A DNA stretch of 61,284 bases, the filler included, from Sphacelaria rigidula (taxonomy: Eukaryota): NCBI GenBank assembly GCA_964200075.2. It is 8 parts of 8 records of this genome, joined end to end, with 100 filler letters (N's around TTAATTAATTAA, not from the genome) between each part and the next. Parts side by side here need not be neighbours in the genome. Positions count along the whole stretch, not along the records: positions 46,041 to 53,612 come from CAXNAA020014285.1; positions 53,713 to 61,284 come from CAXNAA020014286.1; 6 more parts are not named here. One strand, written 5' to 3'. The position numbers were made by a program, and so were the translations under genes. Within the stretch, counting starts at the first letter, position 1. Each line of letters starts with the position of its first letter. The notes below the pieces were generated by a model. The model was given only the letters and a program-made list of their open reading frames with translations, made no database searches and was not told where the DNA came from. This document shows, piece after piece, positions 51,473 through 61,284 of the stretch.

Positions 51473-53612
51473 GTAAGTGGTGCCTCGGAGGCAGACACAA
51501 ATACATGAGAGTCAACACGTGACACGAATAACCAGTTTTTCACGGTTCACTCGAAACCATGTGCTGCTGTCGAGTGAGCTTGACTCCAATCCAGGACACA
51601 CCTGAACCGCATGTCTCAAAATAGTGCACCATGCCTCGTGGAGAAGGGGCTTTTGTAGCCTGCTGTCCCGACTTGCGAGTCTTGTACGAGTACACACCGC
51701 AAATGGCCATATATATGCAACATCCCATCATCCATGTGGAGAAAAAAAGTTGGGCTGCGGAGACGTTTTCGCCTGTACTATTATGAGTCTTGAACCAAGA
51801 TGGAAGACGGCGGCACCGTGTATGTAATGAATGCCGAGTGTAATGCTTGAAATACGTATTTCCTTCGGCAGTCAATTTTCGGAGTATGCTGGAATTTTGG
51901 ACGAAAGATACTGACGAATCCGATGCAAGTCTTAGCATTAAATTTCTAGAAGAAGCAGCTCGAGTAGAGAAGTAGTCAACATGCGAATCTGTCATCTTGG
52001 TTTTCGTGCTGGGGTGTCAGCCATGCGCGTAACAAGAAGTTTCGTCCTCGCTTCTCTGCTGATGAAAATACTCTCAAGGTGGAGTGGGCACGTGATCTTT
52101 CGTTGACGATGATACAGACGGCAACACAGACAACGATGTCGCTTCCGGAGAACTGTTTCAAGAGCCGGTGAGGTGACCGTCGGCCCAATCGAGAGCATCC
52201 CGAGCCCTGTCGTGGCTGTCGAAGGTAGCGACTGAGGGGAAAACTATGGCTAATGAGGTGGTGACGGATATGCCGGTCCGGACTGCTGTGAAAATGATTT
52301 CGAGTGCGAGTACACGAATATGTGGTACTCGCGGTGCGTACCGTAGGGCACATGCAAGTGATGGAACGACTCTGATTTGTCGTCGAGCATTTCATTTGAC
52401 ATTGCTACTTGCTCAAAATGGTTGCCGCCACTTGCTTAAAATAATGGTTGTGGCAAACATTGATCGGTTGGCCAAGTCTAGATGAGATATCGGCTGTGCG
52501 TGATCGCTCAAGTCTACTTGCGTCCGAATAAATGGAATTTTCGAGTACTTGAAATGATTGAAAAAAGCAGGGCCCGGGAATACTTTTAACAGTGTTCTGG
52601 TTAGGTCTGCATTAGCGAAGTTGTCGGATTTTAGCCGTGTGAAAAGTATAACGAGCAAGTGAGTGTACATGGTGTGCGCACTATTCTACGCTGGTATGCA
52701 TATATATATGATACTGGTGCCGACTGTAGTTTGCCTGTAGAACGTTTACCCGCGTACAATCTTGGTTCGAGTGCGTGCGGTGGTGTGACTGAATGGAGGT
52801 GTAACAGTTGCGTATATATAGTCTATGTGTTCATATAGGTCCATGTTATATGTTGTGAATGTGTCGCATTAGTGTGTCATGTTTTATGCGCGGAAAAAGA
52901 GGTTGGGCGGGTTTTTTGCTATCGTTTTCCCGCGCAGTAGGGTCGTCGGTGACTGACTAGTCCTTCGCGAGCATCGCACAGGTTTTGATCAACCCTCGGT
53001 CAAATACGTACGATGCAAGCGATATGTAGAGATGTGGACTGCTGATCGTTGGTCCACGCCGTACTCTCATGATTTGTCGTGGCTATATATATGTATGTAA
53101 TAGACACACACACACACACAAATCCAGTTTCCCCTCTCTCATGCGCAGCGTCGGTCGGAGTATTTTCATGGCAAATATTTAATGCATCCAGCAACAATAT
53201 ATGCACTACACTGGGGGTTGCAAACAAGATGCACCCAAATAAGTAGCTACTGGGCTATTTCCACCGGTCTTCCGTTTTCACATTTCTGGCCTACTGCTGA
53301 TTTTCTTGGCATCCTGTCGCCGCCACCACCTACTCGTACATGTTTGTAAAGAATCCCATCGGCGTCGTGTGTGACCCTTTGAGCGCCACGGCTCTCCCCG
53401 GTAACATAGCCCTCGGCTGGCAGTCCCGTGGAAACGATTATTGGCCCAGGAATCGTGCTTTCGCACATACCGTTTGGGGGAACGGAAGGCTAGAAATCCC
53501 CCAAAATAGTTTTCGGGAGGTCGGGAGGGATGGGGTGGTCCATATGAAAGTTATTTGTCTTGAATTTAGGTCAGGGAAAGCACGGCTTTTGAGTTGAATC
53601 TCATTTTTTTTC

Positions 53613-53712
53613 NNNNNNNNNNNNNNNNNNNNNNNNNNNNNNNNNNNNNNNNNNNNTTAATTAATTAANNNNNNNNNNNNNNNNNNNNNNNNNNNNNNNN
53701 NNNNNNNNNNNN
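53613..53712. other. Artificial contig spacer
   Basis: 44N-TTAATTAATTAA-44N. Confidence 0.98.
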
Positions 53713-54434
53713 GTGTTCATCTATGGACAGCATTTCGTCTTGGTTTCCGCCAATCTCCTTCCACACTTTCTTGACTTCTTTGGAAGGGAGGGGGGGGGCT
53801 GTAGCTGCAGGGTTAATGCACTACTACAAAGCAAGGGATAGGTAACTGTCTACTTATTTTCTTGCCAGTTCTTGCCCACCACTTGCAACGGAGAACTTTC
53901 ACCTCTGTACACACTATTCCTTATGAGCACATACTCCATCATAACCTCACCAACCTCCCTCTCCCTCGTATATTTCACGACAATCTCCGGTGAAAATCAT
54001 GACAAACGCGAACATCGAACAGTAAACGCGTGTCCTGTATATTGGCGGTGTGTACCGCTCAGGCATCGAGTAAGCTAACGATTTTGGGTGACTGATGGAC
54101 ACAATATCATTTGCAACAACGGAAGGGGGGAGGGGGGGGTGTTGTTGTTCCCCCATGAATAAAAAATCAACGGGGCAGAAAAACTCTGCGTTGGGCATGA
54201 CGACTCATTTTGGCAGCCCAAAAAAAAACAGTTTCACAAGTGAAACACGCCCCACCCGCCGCCCTCAAACATTAGCATCAGTTGACGTCTTCAACGCACA
54301 GACAACATAATCACAAAACCACGTGCTGCGGCATGACTTCCGATTCACAGATTCCAACACACACGTTCTGATTGAGTGTCACCCCGGCCTCCCGACTCTA
54401 TGATAAAATGGCAAAAGGACCTGCCCTTCCTCAC

Positions 54435-55300
54435 CAGTAGAAGTGTTGGCTGTCCTTTCGCTTCATGCTCTTCAGCAGAGTCAGGGCATGGTTCCGGCAC
54501 TCTGTCATCTTTACATCGTCCAGCAACGCCTCCCGGACTAACCGCGCCCGCTTCTGCTCCACCGACGTGAGTGGGCACGGCCTCAGGTGCTGTGGCGAGG
54601 AAACAGAAGACGCACAACGAACGACACACCAAACAAATATGAGCGAGAGTACGCACGAACCAAGATGCAGCGGAAGACAGACAGACAGACAGGAGGGGGG
54701 GGGGCGTACTCATTTGTTGCTTGCCTTAGTCGTTTGACCATTGACCACGCATCCCTTTCGAGACGGAGCGGGGGGGGAAGGCGAGATCCCATCGAGCTTA
54801 ATCGTGCAAATGTCTTCAAGGCTAGAACTTGCCTGCCTGCCACCCATGCTTTTTTTTGTCACACTACACCACGACACCTCTATGAATACATAAAGGGGAA
54901 CTAATACGGTCCATTCAGTAGTTTGTGTCAGTGCGCGACGTCGATATTTCTACAGAATTAGCAATATTCTAGTTTTCTGGCACAAATTCTACCGTGACTT
55001 CCTTCCTCGTCCCCTCCTTTCCCCACGAGATGAGCTGTGATTCGAACCCCGCCTCGTTGCACTATTCTCGATGCAACTCTTATCCCATGCGCGCGGGGGG
55101 GGGGGGGGGCTTAATTAAAAGACAGGAAGGCTAAACCCACGCACGAGACGCAACGGATCGACAGCGGAAGAGGTGGCAAGCGGGAGATAGCGGGGGGACA
55201 GTGCGCAGGAGTCGATCTAGCGAAAGGAGCCCCAAAAGCATAAAATGCCCAGCATGCTTCATGCACGAAATCGCGGTAGTGATGTATACCCAAGAAGTGT

Positions 55301-55356
<56 letters not shown>

Positions 55357-58300
55357 GAGTGAAGAATAAACATACAAGAGTTTTCACATACTGTATCCAA
55401 GTCTCAAACGTCACTATAATCCGATCATGAAAGAATGCTTTGGAATCAACCGTGGGGATTTGGGTCAGTCTCCTGCATTTTTTCCGCCGTCTACTCTTGT
55501 GGAGTAGACATTTTACTGTATATATGCGGACCATTTTTTGTAATGAAAAAGAAATGAGGAAGCCGTTTTGTTCGCTGATGCACTGTTTCATTTTCCCCCC
55601 GGTTTCTACTATTTCTCTGCCTCGGGGAAACAAAACGCAACACGAAAATCGACAAATTTTACCTCGGCCTCTCGCTCCTCGTCAGTGGTCGGGATAGGAT
55701 CCGGCTGTGGCTCCTCTCCGGGCACACCTCCCCACATCCACAACGGGAGCAGCTCGAGGCACAGGGCACGGAACGTGGTTCTCAAGTGCTTGCAGATCAT
55801 GACCACATCACTCGCGAACCGATCGCCCGCCCATCGATCCTGGCTCCACCAGATAATACCGTTGGTAAACGTGCGCATAGCCTGTCTCGTGTGCGGGTGG
55901 GGAGGGGGGGGCACAGACGGACGGACGGACGGAGAAGAAACAAAAATGAGATATACAGTGGTGTGCCATAACCGTCGTGTGGTTTTCTCCGTCAAGTGCG
56001 TTGTCTCACAACAGTGCGCGGCCAAAAGCGCTGGTCACAAGTTCGATCTCTTACGCTATCAAGTTACGGCAGACTACCAACATACAAGTACAGACCGCCG
56101 CGAGCCCCGGTGATGTAAATTGAAATGGTAATGGTGCACCGACAGTCAGTTCGGGTTGTTGAGTCTGCTCTCGGCCATCGTAAGCAGGTCCGGGCGTTGC
56201 AAAAAATGAAAAAAATGGCAAGATTCCACTAGGCGCGAGAGTCATGACCCCATCAATCCTCGACCAAAATTGTCAGGCAGATACACCATTGGAGGGGGGG
56301 AGGGGGGGAGGGGCGTACTCATTTGTTGCTTCCCTTAGTTGTTTGACCGTTGACCACGCATCCTTTTCGAGACGGACCATTGGAGGGGGGTGGTGGCGGG
56401 GGGAAGCTTGATTTTCCCTGGACTCTACGGATTGGTCCCGAGGAGGAGAAGATGGAGTGACGGGTGGGAGGACGTTGAGAGTATGACGTTGAGAGAATGA
56501 GAAAAAGGATACGGTATTGTACAATGGTACAGCTATATCAGGTTAGCAACTCACGTCGCTTTGGTAGGACCACCGTACAGTGAGATACATCGCAGGTGAC
56601 GTTTGCTGCGGGCGTTTTGCAGCCGTTACTCTCGTCTCCAAAAAAGAAAATAAGAATAATTATCAAGTAGCATAGCAGAACACTGCTCCGCACAGCTGAT
56701 TCGGCCGCATCGTGCATCACGTCGTGACAAATCAGCCTCATCCAACACCAGGTGTACATGTTTGAAACCTCGACTTCTCCCTGATTAGCAAGGGTGGCCA
56801 CGCCCCCCAAAAAATGTACAGATGGAGATACCTCGTGGACATATTTCGCGAGGCATCTTCGCAAGTCCGGGGCCTTTCATCTTCATCCCGGGGGTAATTT
56901 TCTCTGTAACCCCCGGACTGGGAAAACAGGTATCCTTTACACAAGACCCTGTGTTCCTTGACGCCGAAGCGCAACGCTCATACTGTAAACACTTGTCCAC
57001 GCACACACACATACACACACCTCATCCGCGAAGTGCTGGGGGGACTTGAAATACTGCCCGCCGCTCAAGCTTTTCTCGACAAAATTCAGGTCCACCGGCG
57101 ATCCCACTAGGTCCAGGTACTTGGGCATCTCCTCCTCTCCCAAAGAGAACACCTCCGTCAGGTTCACGTTCAGCTCCGGGTACTTCGTCAAGAAGTCTCC
57201 GTTAACCAGCCTGTCCTTTGCCCTAAGCCTGGTCAGCACCAGCGTGGCCTCCTTCTTCCACTCCGCATGCTCGCCCCTTGTCGTTAACGGCCCCCATCCC
57301 TCGGGAGCAGCCGGCGGTTTCGCCGCGACTCTGCGAGCGACGTTGAGACTGGTACCCCTCCCAGGGACCGCCTCCCCGATGAATCCCTCTTCCTCGACCT
57401 CTGGAGCTTCGGCGGCGGCAGCGGCGGGGGTATCCGTATCATTGGCGCTGCTGCTGACGACCACGATCGGCCTGGTACTACCCGCCTTGTCTTGCTTCCC
57501 GCGTTTTCCCTTGCCCTTGGCTTTTGGAGGGCCCCGAGCCGACGGGCGCTGGGGTGTCTCTTTCGGCGTGGCGACTGGCTTGGGCTTGGGGGTCGGCGAG
57601 GGCTTTCCCTTCGGTTTCGGCTTCGCGGAAACGGGCGGTTTGGATGGAGTGGACGGAGCGACGGCGGCGGTCGCCGCTGTGGAGGGTGGTGCTTCCGCAG
57701 GCAGCGGCGCGGTAGGCGTGCTCGGCCGCGCGGAAGATTGAGAATTCGACGCCTGCCTCACTAGTGACATTTTGAACTTAAGAGTTAGGGGCTGCTTGTT
57801 GATGGGTTCGCCTACATCGCTGCCGCCGCCACCTCCCTTGCCGCCGGCCTTGGACGACTTGGTCTTGCCTTCGAGCATCGACGCCTTGGACTTTCCCCCA
57901 CCGGTCTTGATCTTCTTCTTGGGACCAGGTAAAATCACCTCCCCGGCTTCGGTATCTGCGTCTGGCAGCGATGCCGGCGACTCCACCATCGCCGACGCGG
58001 CTTCTTTCTCGTTGCCCCCCGCTGCCGACTTCCCCGACTTCGACGCCTTGGACTTTCCCTTAGATTTTCCCGTCAACGCTGGGGTCGACGCCGCCGACGG
58101 CGCAGCATCGGGCAGAGGGCGGAATGGGCTCGACGAACGGGCCTTTCCCGAGGGCTGCTGCCACACGACCGCATCCAGCGTCGGCCCTGCCCCGTCTCCT
58201 CCAATCGCAGAGGCGCCGCCGGCCATGCCAATCTTGCCTGCCTTTTTCGGCTGCTTGATCTTGGGTATCTTGGCCGGGCCCGCCTTCCCCGGAGGAGGAG

Positions 58301-61064
58301 TCGCGCTTCTCGATTTCGCGGCTTTTGGCGGCGGCGGGCCAGATAATGCATCGGCCTTCTTCGGGATGAAGGCTAGTTTGCTCGGTAACGGCTTGCCCGG
58401 CAACGGCTTGCCCGGTAATGGCTTGACCGGCAACGCCTTGGTCGGTGACGCCTTGGTCGGTGACGCCTTGGTCGGTGACGCCTTGGCCGGCGACGCCTTG
58501 GTCGGCGGCGGCGCCGGCGGTAGGCATGCGATCTTACGGGGCGGGGCCGGAGCCCGGGTCGGGGAATCGTCCTGCCCACGTTTTCGCCTCTTTGACGGCG
58601 GCTCAACTTTTTTCCTCCTTGTGTTCCACTTGGCGGCCTCATCCAACAATTTTTGCACCCCCGGAGTGCTCTCAAGAACATCGGCCGGCAGGCTCGGCGG
58701 AGTGTAGGTGAACCTCATGAGCGGCGATTCTTGCTGGGTCTGCCGAAGGCGAGCGAGATCCTTGCCCCGAGCAATCGGCCTGACGTGGATTACATTTGGC
58801 GCCGGATCAGCCTTACTAGGTGCGGGGGTGGACTGTGGCCCAGGTGGTCCCTTGAGCTTCAGCTTTGGTGTTTCCTCCGGCTCCCCTGTCGGCTTTTCCG
58901 TTGTCTTCTCCGTTGACTTCTCCTTCGACTTCTTCTTCGACTTCTCCTTCGACTTCTCCTTCGACTTCTCCTTCGACTTCTCCTTCGGTTTTTCCTTCGG
59001 CTTTTCCGACTTTTCCTCCAGTTTTTCTTTCGGCTTTTCCTTCAGCTTATCTTTTTTTGACTTGGGCTTTTCTGCCTTGGACTTTTCTGCCTTAGATTTC
59101 CCTGCCTTGGACTTTCCTGTCTTGGGCTTCTCTTGTTCTGCCTTTGGTTCCTCCGCCTCCGATTCCTCAGCATCTGGTTCCTCTGCATCGAATTCCTCCA
59201 CCTCTGGTGCATCTCTGCCCTGAGCGATGAGGGCGACAGTCTCTTTGGCGCGTTCAAATTTCGCCATAGCGGCGGCGGCTTGCCGTGCCTTCGCCTCCAT
59301 TTCTCGTTTGAGCTTCGCCGCTGCCTTCCTCGCCTTTTCCGCAGCATCATGCTTCTTCTTCATTGCGGCAGCATCATGCTTCTTCTTCATTGCGGCAGCT
59401 TCGTGCTTCTTCTTCATTGCGGCAGTCAACTTGACCTTGTTTTTTCCGTCTTTGCTTTTCCCGTCCTTCTTCGCTGCCTTTAGGCGATCCTTCCTCTTCT
59501 GCTCCTCTAGTTTCTGCGCGTCCGACGCCGCCTTCTCCTGTATCTTCTTCTGCGCTCTCTCCGCCGCCGCCTCCCTTTTCATCGCTAACGTCTCCAGGTG
59601 CAGCGCTTTCCTCTTTTCCTCCAACCTCTTCGTCTCGGCGGCCGTCTCTTCCTGCAACCTCTTCAACTTTTCGATTTCCAACTGCCGCTGCCTCGATTGT
59701 TCTTCCGCCTCCTTCTTGGCCATTTCCGCCCTCAACCTCTCAGCCATCTCCTCCTCGAGCCTCACGCGTTCTTCCTCTTGCCTGGCCCGCTCCGCCTCCA
59801 TCCTGGCATCTTCTCTTTCCTTCCTTACTCGCTCCAACTCCGCCTCTTGCATCCTCTTCGCCATTGCTGCTTTGGCCTCCCGCTCGGCTTTCTCCCTAGC
59901 TTCTCTCTTATCTCTCTCAGCCTTCGCGGCAGCAGCAGCGGCGGCGGCTGCAGCGGCCCTCTCCTTCTCAGCCTTCGCCCTAGCGGCGGCTGCGGCGGCC
60001 CTCTCCTTCTCCGCCTTCGCCCTAGCGGCGGCTGCGGCGGCCCTCTCCTTCTCAGCCTTCGCCCTGGCGGCGGCTTCTTTCTCCGCCTGCGCCTTGGCCT
60101 CCCTTTCGGCTTTCTCCCGAGCTTCCCTCTCGGCCTTTTCCCTCGCCTCCTTCTCAGCATTCGGCTTCTTGGGAATCCTGAACGAGTTGGGCTTCGCCTT
60201 CTTCCGCACCGGAGACGCTGGAGTGGTGGGCTCATCTGACGGCGGGGTCCTGGAGCGAGGCTTCTCGCCAGGAAATCCTGGGATACCGCCGGTCGCCGCC
60301 GCCCCATTCGGCTGGTGGTGCGGCGGCAGCGAAGGCGGCGGTGGGGTGGCGGACTGTTTGCGCTTGGACAGCGTCGCCGCGGCCGCCATTGCCTCCGCCT
60401 TGGCCTTGATTGTCGCGCTAGCTCTCGGCGTTTGCGTCTCGGTGGGCACACCAGTGGTGACTTTCGAGAACGCCGAGGCGGCGGGCGGTGCCGAAGACAG
60501 AGGGGTTGACGGAGCCAGTGGCGGTACCACTGCGGGTCTGGGAGGAAACGGCGAGGCGCTGACCTCCGCACGCAGACTGGCGTTGGACTCCGAGCGCAGA
60601 ACCGCCATTTGCGGCAGGAACTCCTCGAGGATGGCGTCCCTGTGCTCCTTCGCGATCGCGAGAAGGGCCTGGCACCGGTGACCCGAGGCGTGTGTGTGCG
60701 TATACGCGAACGGGTGAGCGTTGGGACGAGCAAGATTCTGTTGAATGAGAAAAATGAATAACGTCCCAAACAACAAGGCGGTGGACTAGACAAGGCCACT
60801 CGTGTCCCTAATAAATAGCTTGGCGCACCGAGTGACGGGAGACAAACGGGTACGAGTAAACGAATGCTCCAAATACTGTATACACAGGACCCTTGACTCA
60901 AGAGTATCAGAAGAGCGGAAAAAACACATTTGTACTTTACATCAAGTACCATCCCGCCGCGTCCCGGTGGTCCTAAAAGTACAACTGGCATCATCAGAGT
61001 GGAAACGATGTGGGTTCGACTCAACCGCCGGACGCGCCTTATTCGCGTCCTTTCTTCAACGCAT
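54435..61064 (-). CDS. Partial spliced gene: large K/E/A/P-rich protein with bromodomain-like domains. Exons 61064-60950, 60668-57021, 55881-55663, 54589-54435.
   Basis: AG/GT boundaries in phase. The 3648-nt exon ends in KYLDLVGSPVDLNFVEKSLSGGQYFKSPQHFADE, spliced to AMRTFTNGIIWW (bromodomain ZA loop and A/B helices). The next exon ends LLKSMKRKDSQHFYW, resembling the start of a second bromodomain. Confidence 0.82.
54700..54766 (+). repeat. Dispersed ~65-bp repeat following G-runs (also 48323-48362 and 56310-56376; related to 15528, 15471 and 38368-38438)
   Basis: ggggcgtactcatttgttgcttgccttagtcgtttgacc(attgaccacgcatcc) is near-identical in three places. Confidence 0.8.
55300..55356. repeat. 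(AAC)n microsatellite, intronic
   Basis: Read directly from the sequence. Confidence 0.95.
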
Positions 61065-61284
61065 CTGAATTGCGTTGTTGGAAGCGAAAGGACGTCACTA
61101 GTGAAAAGAGTCTGTTTGACAAAAGCCGATGCACGGGTAAGAGAGTGCTGGTCATGATCCAACTCGGGAAAGGCCAAAATGCAGGGCGTATACCGGGGGG
61201 GGGGGGGGGGGGGGTAGAATTCCTCCCCGCCCCCAAGGGGGGGAAGAGGAAGCGGGGGGTTGGCGGGTGGCGCCAAAAAAAAAA

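Noticed and set aside
7575-53712. TTAATTAATTAA flanked by Ns, recurring about every 7673 bp
   Set aside because: Artificial linker between length-sorted contigs. No gene-neighbourhood inference across it is valid.
57046-60681. Long plus-strand ORFs (231, 311, 171 and 484 aa) and most of the 483-aa alternative minus-strand frame
   Set aside because: Shadows of the GC-rich low-complexity exon. Only 60950-61064 of the alternative frame is used, as an exon.

Overview
This is eukaryotic DNA, most likely from a brown alga (Phaeophyceae). That call is an inference from the GT-AG genes with long introns and the style of the repeats and transit peptide. The window is not one locus. It is eight independent contigs of 7574, 7574, 7573, 7573, 7573, 7573, 7572 and 7572 bp, sorted by length and joined by artificial 100-bp spacers (44 N + TTAATTAATTAA + 44 N). 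Contig 1 carries 3' exons of a PLP-dependent-transferase-like gene. Contig 2 has a first exon with an organelle-targeting presequence, plus MITE, SINE and LINE pieces. Contig 3 is a decayed gag-less Ty3/Gypsy element with both LTRs. Contig 4 is a rearranged Ty1/Copia cluster. Contigs 5 and 6 hold nested hAT-like and CAC-ended MITEs and tRNA-derived SINEs. Contig 7 has five exons of an AA15/AA10-type lytic polysaccharide monooxygenase. Contig 8 is a multi-bromodomain gene with a 3.6-kb low-complexity exon. The most unusual observation is in the Gypsy element: its primer-binding site is not the usual ~18 nt but the reverse complement of a complete 75-nt tRNA-His(GUG), CCA included. It abuts the 5' LTR and sits where the leader and gag should be. 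The same element's integrase ends in a chromo-like plus Tudor-like module. All family assignments come from motifs recognised by eye; no database search was run.
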